This document shows, piece after piece, positions 1 to 13,587 of a stretch of 64,000 nucleotides of DNA. This DNA is from Octopus vulgaris (lineage: Eukaryota). Below the pieces are notes generated by a model, which searched no databases, was not told the DNA's origin, and was given only the letters and a program-made list of their open reading frames with translations. The stretch covers positions 27,466,001 to 27,530,000 of the forward strand of contig OX597835.1 of assembly GCA_951406725.2 (NCBI GenBank). The letters are read 5' to 3'. A program made the translations under genes and the position numbers. The stretch's first letter is position 1; every line of letters starts with the position of its first letter.

Positions 1-486
1 ATCATCATCATTTAACGTCCGCAGACTCCAGTCTGATCTGGCAGAGTTTCTACAGCTGGATGCCCTTCCTAATGCTAACCACTCCGAGAGTGTAGTGGGT
101 GTTTTTACGTGCCACCGGCACATATATATGTATATTATACCCTACTATTTTAAAAGAGATGGGTATTGTTAGTAAATAGGGTTCTAAACAATGTTCCCTT
201 TAAGCTCTGCACTTGTGCAAGAATGTACATGTTTTTCAACTAGTGCACAAAAATAAATGTGTGTGCACAAGCAGTGTTGGGTTAGCCATAAAGCAAAATA
301 AGCATGTGCTAAGGGCACCAAGAGAAGGATGGGTGGTGGGGGTGGTGGGGGTGGCACAGAAATGGTAAATGGTTTACACCACAAAAGAAATTACTTGAAA
401 CCTGTTGAAATAATTTTCAAAGTGGTTTATATGGTTGGAAATATAATTTTGAAGTCTTCATGGTGTCAAAGTGAGGATCTTGGTGG

Positions 487-790
487 CGGCACATGGCCTA
501 GTGGTTAGAGCAGCGGACTCGCAGTCAAAGGATCACTGGTTCGAATCTCAGACCGGGCGATTTGTGTGTTTATGAGCGAAACATCTAAGCTCCATGCGGC
601 TCCGGCAGAAGGTAATGGCGAAACTTCTGCTGACTCTTTCACAACAACTTTCTCTTACTCTTTCCTCCTGCATCTTGCAGCTCACCTGCGATGGACCAGC
701 GTCCCATCTAGGTGGGGAACCTATATGCCAAGGAAACCGGGAAACCGGCCCTTATGAGCCACGCATGGCTCAAGAAGGAACAAACAACAA
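487..790 (+). mobile_element. tRNA-derived SINE family C
   Basis: TGGCCTAGTGGTTAG...GGTTCGAATCTC head; related copies about 28005-28315(-), 31628-31860(+), 54560-54880(+). Confidence 0.7.
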
Positions 791-2297
791 TGAAGTGAGG
801 ATCTAATGGAGGACTTGGCAATAAAAAAAAAAGAGAAAACTTTTTAAATATAAATAAAGTGGAAGTATATTGTTAGTTTTGTTTCATTATGAAAAATAAA
901 AATTGGTTTTATGGTTTATTATTGTTTATATTATGAATATATTATGAATTACACATATATGAAGACTCCAAAATCTTTTAAGTGTTTTGGGTCTGTTATG
1001 GGTGTTAATCTGGTCCTACATACAAGGTTTTCAAGATGAAGACAAATTTTCTTAGATTGAAGGTTTCTAGCATGGATGCACAGGTACTTTGAAAAGAAAG
1101 GTAAAATTTGGCAGACAAGCAAATTTCTGTGTAAGCCACAGCACAAAAAAAATATATATATATAAGGGGGATTATTAGCTCTAAAAACACTGTCTGAAAA
1201 TAAAATTGGATGGCCATGGCTGGACTGCCTTTGAACACAGGTTTGTTTAATCAGAGCTTATCCAGGAGCAATATCAATAACAAAAACAATAGCAATAACA
1301 GTCAGTTAAGCATGGAGCGTTTATATATTTCAAAATTAACTGGTCGGTAATTAACGAAGATAATTTCAATAAACCAACCAAGAAAATGAAAGTTCTTAAG
1401 AAGATATTGCTGACAAAGATAAATGAAGTTCAACCTTTTTGATACCAACGTGCCTGAGACCACCTCTGGCTCTGTGATTCAAGCTTGCAACTTTAATGTG
1501 ATCTAAATTAAAGCCTTCCAGCCAAGTTCCATGCTAATTTATGTTCTAAACACCAGCTCAATAATGGTAAGATTATTTTACTAAACTCTTCATTATTTTT
1601 GAAATTAATTGAAATGAAATGGAGTATTTCAATAGAGATATGGCAACAAAAGTGTATATGTGATCTAAATTAAAACCTTCTGGTAAAATTCTATGCTAAT
1701 TTATGTTCTGAAAAATACCATTTCAATGATGTCAAGGTTACTTTAGTAAATTCTTCATTAGCTTCAAAATTTATTGGAAGAGAGGCAGTGTATTTCCAGC
1801 AGAAATATGTTAATGAAAAATTTAAAGAGAACTAAATTAAAACCCGGCATCAAAATGTCTTGCTAATTCATGCTCTAAGCAGCAACTAAATATTGGCAAA
1901 ATTACTTTTCTAAATTTTTCGTTATTTTGAAAGTTAATCAAAACAAAGGCAGATTATTTCACCAAAAATCATCATCATCACTGCCAACACTATCATCAAC
2001 ATTGCCGCCGCTGCCATCGCCACTACCATCATCATAATCATCTATTGTTTGTTTTCCATACTGGCCTGGCTCAGACAATTTAACAGGATCCGGTGAGCCA
2101 CAGGGTTGTGATAAACCCCAACATCAGCTTTTGACAGGGCTTTTTTACAAGTGGATGCCATTCCTAATGCCAACCACTTTGCAGAGCGACAACAGAATAC
2201 CATAACATTAAGACATTGAATTATTAAATTGATTTTTATATTGGAAGGAAAAACAGATGGGTGTGGGGCATTAAACATTCACAAATTTGGTCCTTAC

Positions 2298-2375
2298 CTT
2301 CTCTCCGCCCATTGACTCAAATACTTTCTCTAGTTGGACTCTTAGTTGTTGGATATTGTTCATTAGAATACAAGC
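2298..2375 (-). CDS. unc-13: unc-13 exon: [26 protein letters not shown]
   Basis: 78 nt, CAG/GTAAG boundaries; last exon seen in window. Confidence 0.96.
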
Positions 2376-2672
2376 CTGAAACATGAAACATTATAAAGTG
2401 TAAAAGACACAGCATAGAATTATCACATCATCTATTATCACAAATATTATCACAAGTATCTATTTCTGGGTCTTTTATCTTTGACTTCTTTCAGTCGTTG
2501 GACTATGGCTAAGCTGGGGCACTGTCTACAAAGGGGTAGTTAAATAAATCAATGCTAATACTTTATTAATTAATTTATTTATTTATAGTAATCCCTTGAC
2601 TATCTCAGGTGTTACGTTCCGACCCCCACCCCCCGTTATAGATTAAAATCCACGAAGTAGAAACAGTACTGT

Positions 2673-3078
2673 ACTCTTTTACTTGTTCCAGTCATTTTGA
2701 CTGCGGCCATGCTGGAGCACCGCCTTTAGTCGAGCAAATCGACCCCGAGACTTATTCTATGTAAGCCTAGTACTTATTCTATCGGTCTCTTTTGCTGAAC
2801 CGCTAAGTTACGGGGGACGTAAACACACCAGCATTGATTGTCAAGTGATGCTGGGGGGACGAACACAGACACATAAACATATACTAACGCACATACATAT
2901 GTATATATACATACATATATAAACGACGGGCTTCTTTCAGTTCCGTCTACCAAATCCACTTACAAGGCATTGGTTGGCCCGAGGCTATAGTAGAAAACAC
3001 TTGCCCAAGGTGTCACACAGTGGGACTGAACCCAGAACCATGTGATTGGTAAGCAAGCTACATACCACACAACCATGC
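2673..3078 (-). mobile_element. tRNA-derived SINE family A
   Basis: A/B-box head (TGGCTGTGTGGTAAG...GGTTCAGTCCC), internal (TA)/(CA) tract; other copies about 7655-8062(-), 17180-17555(-), 20990-21435(-), 40846-41490(+), 46625-46985(+), 51202-51600(-), 63893-64000(+). Confidence 0.85.
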
Positions 3079-4078
3079 AAAACAACATCATACACCCACC
3101 TCCCAAGTTCTGCTTTCCATACAGTATCTGCAATTCTTTGTTTATTCATCTACGGTACGCTACATATTTTCTTTTGAAATATTTTAATTAATGTGTTGTA
3201 CAGTGCAGTACTGTACTCTATTCTTATTTATTAATTTATTAATTTTTAGGCATGAAAATGCTCATTTTACCACAGAGATAAGTAAAATCTAAAAAACAAA
3301 TACCTATCAGCCGCAGATATTTTATCAAACTCTATTCACTGAAATGTTAAGTCACAGTTTGTTTCTGATATAAAAGGATGCAACGGCAGTTTACACCAAT
3401 AAACAAACTGCAGACATGCATGAACAAACACACACAAAGGGTTTCTGCACAGTTTTCATCTACTAAATTCCAATCTGGTGTATCAAGCTCAATGTCCATT
3501 GTATGTATGTATGTTTATGTCAGGTCACTTTTGAGTGTTACTGGTAACATGTAACCCAGTACAACCTGTTGCATGGTCGGGTCGTCGGCGACTAAACCGG
3601 CAACCCCACCAAGCTTGCTTGGTGAGGTGGGTGTTTATTGGACACCCTGCGGAATGAAAAACAAAATTTGTCAAAGAGCGGAGGAACTCTTGAGAGTCAA
3701 CGGCCATCCAATAAATGTCTTAAGGCTGTATCATGCGCGGGGACATAGAAATAATTGGACTGAATACCTGATCACGTGGTTAAACCATTGGGAGTGAAGG
3801 ACTCCTAGCCTTTGTTAGGGCATCCTTCTAGGAGAAGGTAACTCAGGTAACTGGGATAACTCCGACATAAAACCTGCAGCTCAGTGGTTACCGATGATGT
3901 TGACTTGTTCTTCTTTTCGGATTCCAATCTGGTGTATCTAGCTCAGTGTCCATTGTATGTATGTATGTATGTAAGCATGTTATATGTATGTATGTATGCA
4001 AGCATGTTTGTATGTATGTATGTAAGCATGTATGTATGTATGTATGTATGTATGTAAGCATGTATGTATGTATGTATG

Positions 4079-4109
<31 letters not shown>

Positions 4110-4230
4110 GCATGTATGTATGTATGTATGTATGTATGTATGTATGTATGTATGCATGCATGTATGTAAACAGGCCCACACAGATCATGAAAACGTTCGT
4201 TGCCATACAAGCATACTAATTCCATCTTAC

Positions 4231-4308
4231 CGTTTTTTGGCGCCCCGTATATTGCTCAAAGTCTCTCTGAACGATTGCTGCATATGCCAGAAGAACTTGA
4301 TTTATTGT
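4231..4308 (-). CDS. unc-13: unc-13 exon: TINQVLLAYAAIVQRDFEQYTGRQKT
   Basis: 78 nt within ORF 4216..4449; CAG/GTAAG boundaries. Confidence 0.94.
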
Positions 4309-5245
4309 CTGAAAGAAGGAAAAAAAAATGAGATTAAAAGAAGAATGAAGAAATATTATCATCAATTTTGGTAATAAACAAAGTTCAAAGAAATTCTTGA
4401 ATAAAATCCAATGCTGGTGGTACTGGAGGTGATGGCAGTCATTCTTCAAATCAATCCATCATTGACTCACAGACTCATGGACATATCATGAGTCCTAGGT
4501 AGGACTCCTAGAGCTGGCTACCCTGTTTTAATGGGTATATAAGTGACTGAGCTCACAACATTACCCTTGAATAGAACAACTGAGTCCATTGTAGAGTCAC
4601 TCATTTACTATGGTGGAGCAACATATGTGAAATGAAGTGTTTTGCCCAAGAACAAAATGCATTTACAAATCTGGGAATTGGAACCCTGATCTTGCTACCA
4701 CAAATGCGACACTCTAACCACTAGGTCATGTGCCTTCTCCAATTGAACCAAGAGAACAATATTTCCATTGGTTTTTTTCTTTATTTCCCCCCCCACAATT
4801 ATTAACACTGTCTGTTGGCTGCAACTCTCGATAGATGTGTCACCAATTTTTTGGCGCTGTGGTGAGATTTGAACTCGGAATGCATTGTGTCAGAACAAAA
4901 CCTGCATGGTACTCCATTTACCACTCTAACTGATCTACTAATCCACTGAACTGTTCCCACTCCATCAGTATATTTTTTATGGAGCACCTCACCCCTCTTC
5001 TACAAAAATGGGGCAAAGCTGGCCCCAGCAGTATTTGAACTCAGAGCACAATGTACTGGAATGAATATTGCAAGGCAATATATCCACCTCTTTACTGACT
5101 CAGCTAATTCACCAAAAATAGAGGAGGCATCCACACTCTGCCAATTTTACAGAATATATCTTTTTTCAGTCCTATATTTAGGAGATGAGGAATTATGTAC
5201 ATTATTTACATTCGACAGGTATTTGTCCTCATCTTGTTCGTTGTT

Positions 5246-5291
5246 AATACAATGTTTCGGCTGATATACCCTCCAGCCTTCTTCAGGTGTC
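5246..5291 (-). ncRNA. Degenerate minimal hammerhead ribozyme in a probable PLE terminal fragment (about 5175-5340)
   Basis: Minus strand GACAC-CTGAAGA-A-GGCTG...CAGCC-GAAAC-ATT-GTATT; stem II intact, stem III/cleavage site decayed. Confidence 0.55.
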
Positions 5292-5829
5292 TTGGGGAAA
5301 TTTCGAACCTAGGTTCTCATTCCTAAGGTATTTTTCAATGTTGTTATTATTATTATTATTATTATTATTAATATTGTTATCATTATTATTTTGTGCTGGT
5401 GGCACGTAAAAAGCACCAACTGATCGTGGCCATTGCCAGCCTCGCCTGGCACCTGTGCCAGTGGCATGTAAAAAGCACCCACTACACTCATGGAGTGGTT
5501 GGCGTTAGGATGGGCATCCAGCTGTAGAAGATGGCCAAGATGCCACACAGTAGGACTGAACCTGGAACCATGTGGTTGGTAAGCAAGCTACTTACCACAC
5601 AGCCACTCCTGGATAGTCCAAAAGAACAAATAAATGGTACTGCAGGTTGTAGGCATCAAATCTGCTACTCGTGCAAGACTCCAAGTTAAAAAATAATGAT
5701 ACTATGCAGTGGGATTGATCTCTGACCCGTGCGGTTGGAAAGCTAACTCCTTACCACACAGCCATGCCTGCATCTATGTTTATAATATTGAAAACAAAAT
5801 AAAGTAAATTCAAAGTTTTAAAAACTTAC

Positions 5830-5973
5830 TTTTGCAAAACGTGCCATATAATGTTTAACGATTTCTGGATCGGGACATTCTAATTTTTTAATTACATCGA
5901 AACACTGATTCAATTGAGTAAAAATATCAACCACTGATGTTGAGAATAGAGCATGTTCAGAACTTTTGACGAA
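5830..5973 (-). CDS. unc-13: unc-13 exon: [48 protein letters not shown]
   Basis: 144 nt, CAG/GTAAG boundaries. Confidence 0.96.
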
Positions 5974-6280
5974 CTGAAAAAGGAAGTTGAAAAAGTTTTA
6001 TTAGCAAAAAAAAAAAAGAAGGAAAATGGAGAAATGGAAATCGTAAGTGGAAAGAACAAAAAAAAAATACTGAAGATTTGTGAAAGAAAATATCTTAAAA
6101 ATGAGAAGTGAGAAAATTCTAAGAGAAGAAATATACAAAAAGAAAACTGCTAACCTTTTTAACTTACATTAATGCTATGCAGAAAAATGGTTATTTATTG
6201 GTCTTTTTATTTAATGGTAAAGAGTGCAAAACTCTTGTGTGCATATGTATGTGAAGGTACATGGTGAAGCAGTTATGAAA

Positions 6281-6515
6281 CTTATTTCTTTACTACCCAC
6301 AAGGGGCTAAACACAGAGAGGACAAACAAGCACAGACAAACGGATTAAGTCGATTATATCGACCCCAGTGCGTAACTGGTACTTATTTAATCGACCCCGA
6401 AAGGATGAAAGGCAAAGTCGACCTCGGCAGAATTTGAACTCAGAACATAGCAGCAGACGAAATACGGCTACGCATTTTGCCCGGCGTGCTAACGTTTCTG
6501 CCAGCTCGCTGCCTT
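6281..6515 (-). mobile_element. tRNA-derived SINE family B (~235 bp)
   Basis: AAGGCGGCGAGCTGGCAGAAACGTTAG...GAGTTCAAATTCC...GCCTTTCATCCTTTCGGGGTCGAT...AAAGAAATA; other copies about 13860-14080(-), 21705-21937(-), 25845-26070(+), 26549-26780(-), 41716-41948(+), 47307-47540(-), 48268-48498(+), 53738-53930(-), 58594-58828(+). Confidence 0.85.
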
Positions 6516-6710
6516 GAAGCAGTTATAATACTATACTCAGGATCACAAGATCATGGTTTTGATTCCTGGGCCAGGCTGTGCATTGTGTTCTTGAGCAAAA
6601 CACTTCATTACAGACTGCTCTGCTATCACTTTGACATCAGACGTTAGACACGCCACAGACCTGGACAGGTAAAGTGTTTTTGATTGCAGAAGTGAGCTAA
6701 CCATAATTCT

Positions 6711-7005
6711 TTGGAGGGTTGTCCTCAGGTACCTCTACCATAGGGTCCATTACATTTTCCTGATGGATTCCCAAGCACAACCGACTGAAACTATGAATAT
6801 TGTCCAACTGCCTCGTCCAACCCATGCCAGCACAGAAAACAGACATTAAACGATGACGATGATGATGATGTTGATGTCTCATTCTTAGTCTATTGCTAGG
6901 TCTTCCGCCAGCTGGCATAGCTCCAAGAAGAAGCTGTCTTGAGATCCTCTCCTGTGACATTTCAGTCACATGTCCATAGTGCTTGAGCTGTCATTCTCAA
7001 TGAAA
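6711..7005 (-). repeat. ~290-bp direct duplication (second copy 9852-10140) containing an RTE-like ORF2 remnant
   Basis: Near-identical copies; minus frame QLKHYGHVTEMSQERISRQLLLGAMPAGGRPSNRLRMR resembles RTE C-terminus. Confidence 0.7.
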
Positions 7006-8261
7006 TGAACATACAGCACATACATTTGGCCATCATAAACTAACCATCTTTGCATGCTTCTTCAACAAGAAAATGAGGAAGTCCTATTACTCACTTACAA
7101 CAGGTGAGTCCACCATGTGTGTATGTGTGTGTGTGTGTATCTTTTATTGTCCTGCTATATTCAATTCTTGTTGCTTTTCACAAGAAATTCTGGGTCCTCC
7201 AAATCCATCTTAGTGTATAAAGTTGATCTACCTTTTTAGGGTTAGGGTTTGGACTGAAAAACTTGACTTGTATTCCAGCAAACATAGTATAATTTTCCAG
7301 CTACAGTTGGTACTCATTGTTAATCGAGTGAACTGCAGCAACATGAAGTGAAGTAACTCGCTCAAGGTCTACAAGGAGCTGCTCAGTCTTGGAATAAACT
7401 CATAACCTAATGACCATGAGCACAACACTGTAAGCATCAGACCATGCATATTTACTATAAAGTATAACTCCAGCCCCAAACTGGCACCCTGTCGGTTATG
7501 ATAATGAGGGTTCTGGTTGATCTGATCAACAGAACATGAAATTAACCTGCAAGTGGCTGAGTACTCCACAGACACAAATAACCTTAACATAGTTGTCAGG
7601 AAGATTCAACATGACACAGAATGTGTCAAAGCTGGCCTTTTGAAATACAAGTACTACTCTTTTACTTGTTTCAGTCATTTGACTGTGGCCATGCTGGAGC
7701 ACTGCCTTTAGTTGATCAAATCGACCCCAGGACTTATTCTTTGTAGGCCTAGTACTTATTCTATCAGTCTCTTTTGCCAAGCCACTAAGTTACGGGGACG
7801 TAAACACACCAACATCGGTTGTCAACGATGTTGGGGAGACAAACACAGACACACAAACACACACACATACATATATATACATATACATATACATATATAT
7901 GACGGGCTTCTTTCAGTTTCCGTCTACCAAATCCACTCACAAGGCTTTGGTCAGCCCGAGCTATAGTAGAAGCACTTGCCCAAGGTGCCACACAGTGGAG
8001 CTGAATCCGGAACCATGTGGTTGGTAAGCAAGCTACTTACCACACAGCCACTCCTACGCCTATTCATTTTTGGCAGCGGAGTGGACTGGAGCAACATGAA
8101 ATAAAGTGACTTGCCCAAGGATACACTGCTTCACCAGGAACTGAACTCATGACCTTATGATTCTTAGTTGAATACCCTAACCACTAAGCCACGTGTAAAG
8201 AATAAACCGTGAAATGTAGACTACAAGGATAAAGTGTGAGATTCTTCTTTGGTGTACATAC

Positions 8262-8358
8262 CCCGTCTTTTTTGTCTCTCTCATAAGCACCTCTTAAGTA
8301 ATCCATAGATACTACATCATTTTCATTTAGCCACTGCATGACGTAAGACTCAAACCAC
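8262..8358 (-). CDS. unc-13: unc-13 exon: WFESYVMQWLNENDVVSMDYLRGAYERDKKDG
   Basis: 97 nt, CAG/GTATG boundaries. Confidence 0.96.
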
Positions 8359-10578
8359 CTGTATTTTGTGGGGAAAGAAAGAAAAAATTACAATTTAATA
8401 TATTTCATACAGGATCACGTTTTAAATAAATGGGAAACAAACCTCCAAAAAAACAGACATAATACAACAGAAAAAAAAAACTTATAAAGAAATAACAGGT
8501 TCAAATTATTCAATGGTATTTAACCCCTTCAATACTAACCCACCTACCGACCTACAAAAATTCTATAAACACAAAAACTTTACCGTTTTAAAGTGTTTAT
8601 GTTTAAGTGAGAATGAAAAGGTTGCAAGACGCAACGAAAATTTTAGGAAAATAAAAATAAGAATTAAGTGGAAATTTTACCGGTGAGTGTGTTAAATTAT
8701 AAGGCACAAAAAGAAAATGACTCTCCCCAGATACAACAGAATATGCTTCAACACACGAACTCATATAAAGAATCTTGCAAACCAAATCCCAAAATGAGAT
8801 GTAATAAAAATTTTCTTAATTTATTGAAATTTCTCACTCAGGTGAAGAAAGGAAACAAAACTCTTGTGTCAAACGTTAATGACTTTCAAAGAAAAGGGGA
8901 GATAATTTCAGGAAATTGAACATCAAGTTTTTAACTACATTGTTGGTGCCACATTTCTGTTGAAGTACATGGCTTTTGTTTTGATTAATTTGAAAAATAA
9001 CGAAGGAATTTAATAAGATAACTTTATCAATATAAAGCTAGTATTTGGCAGATAAATTAAACAAAATTTCAGTAGTAAGATTTTATGTAGAACATTTTAA
9101 ATCAGGAAGATTGTGTTATAGAGCTAAAGGTGTTCTCAGATGGATTGGAATCAAAAGGGTTAAAGTACATGTCTAAGGAAAAAGACTGATCTGCGCCTGC
9201 AGGCAAGTGTGACAACCAAGGACAAGTTTCAGCCTGTTAGACCTCATCTGCATACGATATATTCAACTCAAACATATTTGATATGCTAGCATGGAAAGCG
9301 GACGTTAAACGATGACGATGATATATATTTAGGACTTCCTTTGAACATGATTCACTAGATATTTGCACCTGTATGTGGGAACCTGGGCAAGGTTTTGTAG
9401 AAGAACGGCAGGCAGTTACACGTACATGCTGTTCTCCCCACCAATTTTTGTGTCACCAATGCTGTCCAAAGGAAAGGCTGTCACATTAGGGGTGATACAG
9501 TTTGGTCCTTGTGTAATTACAGGTGTTGCTGACAGAATGCAAAGGGGTCAGAATAGAGATGGCAAAGCATCCTGTCCAAAGATTGAACAGTTCTGTCTAT
9601 CCACCTCCCAGAATGGTACCTTTTGTTATCCATCCATTCTCTCCAACCAATATTCTTTGAGCTGGCAGAAACGTTAGCACGATGGTCGAAATGCTTAGCA
9701 ATATTTCATCTGCTGTTACGTTCTGAGTTCAAATTCCGCCGAGGTCGACTTTGCTTTTCATCCTTTCGAGGTCGATAAATAAAGTACCAGCTATGCACTG
9801 GGGTCAATGCAATCGACTTAATCCCTTTGTCTGTCCTTGTTTGTCCCCTGTTTGGAAGGTTGACCTCAGGCACCTCTACCATAGGGTCCATTACATTTTC
9901 CTGATGGATTCCCAAGCACAACCGACTGAAACTATGAATATTGTCCAACTGCCTCGTCCAACCCATGCCAGCATGGAAAACAGACATTAAACGATGACGA
10001 CGATGATGATGTCTCATTCTTAGTCTATTGCTAGGTCTCCCGCCAGCTGGCATAGCTCCAAGAAGAAGCTGTCTTGAGATTCTCTCCTGTGACATTTCAG
10101 TCACATGTCCATAGTGCTTGAACTGTCACTCTCAATGAAAGGCAAAGTTGACCCGAGCAGGATTTGAACTCAGAGTGAAGAAATTTGGAACAAATATCAC
10201 CTCACTGAGGAGATAAGAAGGGATTAAGACCCCTGGTGATTTACTGTGCTGGAGAAGACACATCAAGCTAAGTGGAGTCAAGCACCCGTGCCAGTGTCAC
10301 GTGAAGGGCACTTGTGCCAGCACCACATAAAAGGCACCCATGCTGTCACCAAATTAAAAGTACATCTGTTCTGACATCATGCAAAGAACACCTGTGCTGG
10401 TGCCATGTAAAATGTACCTGTGTTAGTGCCACATAAAAGGCACCCAATACAACCTGTAAAGTGGATGGCATTAGAAAGGGCATCCAGCCATAGAAACCCT
10501 AACCCAAACCAGATCACTGGGGCCTTACCACCTCTTGTCCAGTCCTCCAACCCATGCCAGCATGGAAAATGCATGTTA

Positions 10579-10941
10579 GATGATGATGAGGGTGACGATG
10601 ATGATGATGATGATGATGGAGGGTGATGATGATGATGATGAAGATGAGGGGGATGATGATGGTGATGATGATGAGGATGATGATGATGAGGGGGATGATG
10701 ATGGTGAGGATGATGAGGATGATGAGGATGCTGATGAGGGTGATGATGACGATGATGATAATGATGATGATGGTAATAATTATGAGGATGATGATGAAGA
10801 TGATGATGAAGATGATGATGAAGATGATGATGAAGATGATGATGAAGATGATGATGAGGGTGATGATGATGATGATGATGATAATTATGATGATGATGAT
10901 GATGGTGATGATGATGGTGATAATTACGAGGATGATGATGA
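10579..10941 (+). repeat. Imperfect (GAT)n microsatellite
   Basis: Expanded tail of a family D element. Confidence 0.95.
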
Positions 10942-11126
10942 ATAAAGAATTAATAATAAAGAAGTTATTTGACTAAATTTTGCCCCAAAACTCTCAATTA
11001 TTTTCAAAAGGAATTGAAACACACACAAAAGGTGGAGGTGGGTTGCAAAATATTTCAGTAAAAATATGGTCACAAAATAGTGAAGGAAACGAGATATTTA
11101 AAGACAGCAGTGTAAAAGATACTAAC

Positions 11127-11253
11127 GCTGGGTAATCTGGAACGGTTCCCTTATATTGAGGCACATCAGCAACATATTTAGTGTATAACCATTTCACTTT
11201 AAAGTGAAGATTCATATATTCAGAACTCTTGCATGGTTTTTCAGCTTCATCTT
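11127..11253 (-). CDS. unc-13: unc-13 exon: (E)DEAEKPCKSSEYMNLHFKVKWLYTKYVADVPQYKGTVPDYP(A)
   Basis: 127 nt within ORF 10994..11389; CAG/GTTAG boundaries. Confidence 0.96.
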
Positions 11254-11744
11254 CTGTTAACACAAAAAAAAAACATAAGTTATCCAATGAAAGAAGACGC
11301 GGCAAAAAAAAAAAAACCCCAAAACAACAACAAAGAACTTTGTACTGAGAAACAGAACTCAATGATATTGGCTCCCACATGTTCGTCATATCCCTTATTA
11401 TATACCATGTAGCTTATTGCTCATCCTATTCCCTTATTGTTGAGAGCAGTCATGGGTAAACTGTGGCCTAGGGGACATTGTGAATAGAATGCACACACCC
11501 CACCCAAAAAAAGAACAAAATATTATCCAGGGGTGTATATTCTGGGTGTGCTAGGTATGTGCTGCACATCCATCAAAAATGGCAAATTCATTATAAATAT
11601 TAACCTTGCTCATTAATTTCATTTCTTTTACTCTCTTTTACTTGTTTCAGTCATTTGACTGTGGCCATGCTGGAGCACAACCTTAAAGAATTCTTAGTCA
11701 AGTGAATCAACTCCAGGAATTCTACTTTCTAAATTTGGTACCTA

Positions 11745-12052
11745 TGAAAAAACATTCAACTGAGGTCGTTGCCAGTGCCGCTGGACTGGCTTCTGTGCAG
11801 GTGGCACATAAAAAACACCATTTGAACGTGGCCGTTGCCAGTACCGTGTGGCTGGCCCTCGTGCCGGTGGCACGTAAAAGCACCCACTACACTCTCGGAG
11901 TGGTTGGCGTTAGGAAGGACATCCAGCTGTAGAAACTCTGCCAGATCAGATTGGAGCTTGGTGCAGCCATCTGGTTCGCCAATCCTCAGTCAAATCATCC
12001 AACCCATGCTAGCATGGAAAGCGGATGTTAAACAATGATGATGATGATGATG
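11745..12052 (+). mobile_element. (GAT)n-tailed SINE/LINE 3' end family D
   Basis: GGTTGGCGTTAGGAAGG..CATCCAGCTGTAG...AACCCATGCTAGCATGGAAAGCGGA.GTTAAAC(GAT)n; copies at 1-120(-), 34463-34620(-), 56110-56410(+), 63080-63250(-). Confidence 0.75.
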
Positions 12053-12219
12053 AGAGTTTGTAGAATTCCATAAACTCAACTGTTATGAGAAGTGAAGAAT
12101 CCAACAATTACATTTTTTTTTTCACTTTCTCACATCTATTGAATTAATCCAATTCTTTCTACAAAGCTATTTTTACCACTGTACAATCTCAGTTTATATT
12201 TATCTAAAATGTTCCTTAC

Positions 12220-12305
12220 CCCCCAGTGCTTCACACAAATCGAGAGACAGGGAACTCCACATATTAGCAGCACTAACTTGTCCAACATTTAAATCTTGGG
12301 GAAAT
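12220..12305 (-). CDS. unc-13: unc-13 exon: FPQDLNVGQVSAANMWSSLSLDLCEALG
   Basis: 86 nt, CAG/GTAAG boundaries, phases 2/1 fit. Confidence 0.94.
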
Positions 12306-12545
12306 CTGCAAAGAGAAAAAAGAAAAAAAACAAAATCAGAGAATATTGATTGTAATCATTGGAGAAGAATTCTTTGGGAACACAAAAGTAAACACGAAAT
12401 ACATTTAAAGAGCCAATAAGCGAGCCTCTATGTGGCTGCCCAACATGCAAGAAATAAGAACCAAATTTCACAACACAGTGGTGATGATTACATTTCCTTG
12501 TTGACATAACAACTGGTGACAAGCAAAATATCAACATTCACATAG

Positions 12546-12581
<36 letters not shown>

Positions 12582-12841
12582 ATTTATGTACACATGCGCA
12601 TGTGCATGACTCTTTGAATTTTTATACACATGGTTTGTGCAAACAGCTGTGACGCTGTTTACATTGCTCGGCAAACAATGCTCTAGTTCGGTGATGCGTG
12701 AAGGTCAATAAAAGGAAAATAACTTCCTTGTAAAAGATGGCTGCAGGAAGAGCTCCCAGCCATAAAATAAAATCACCTCAATGATTCACATCTAACCCAT
12801 GCCAACAATGAAAAAGTGGATGTAAAAACAATGAAGATGAC

Positions 12842-12921
<80 letters not shown>

Positions 12922-13184
12922 TTGAGTATTTGTTTCAGTCATTTGATTGTGACCATGTTAGAGCACCACCTTTAATTAATATGTATATATTAATCAAAAC
13001 GTACAGTATTATCAGCCATAATATATATGCAATATTGTACACTTTAATTAATATACTCACTCCACTGACAAATATTCGAATGCATTTTCTCCTGACTTAT
13101 GGATTCTTTTTAGCAAGATACTTGTTTCCATCTCTCTGTCACACTCTAACCTTTCATTCTCTGACACAAGATCCTCTCCTCCAA

Positions 13185-13551
13185 TATACATATGTATATA
13201 AGTATACATATGTATATAAATATACATATATATATATAAATATACATATATATATATAAATATACATATATATATATAAATATACATATATATATATATA
13301 AATATACATATATATATATATAAATATACATATATATATATAAATATACATATATATATATAAATATACATATATATATATAAATATACATATATATATA
13401 TAAATATACATATATATATATATAAATATACATATATATATATATAAATATACATATATATATATATAAATATACATACATATATATAAATATACATACA
13501 TATATATAAATATACATACATATATATAAATATACATACATATATATAAAT

Positions 13552-13584
<33 letters not shown>

Positions 13585-13587
13585 CAT
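13185..13587 (+). repeat. (TA)n-derived minisatellite
   Basis: AAATATACATATATATATAT-like units. Confidence 0.95.

Noticed and set aside
10580-10976. Poly-Asp and poly-Met ORFs
   Set aside because: Translations of a (GAT)n retroelement tail; no splice or codon support.
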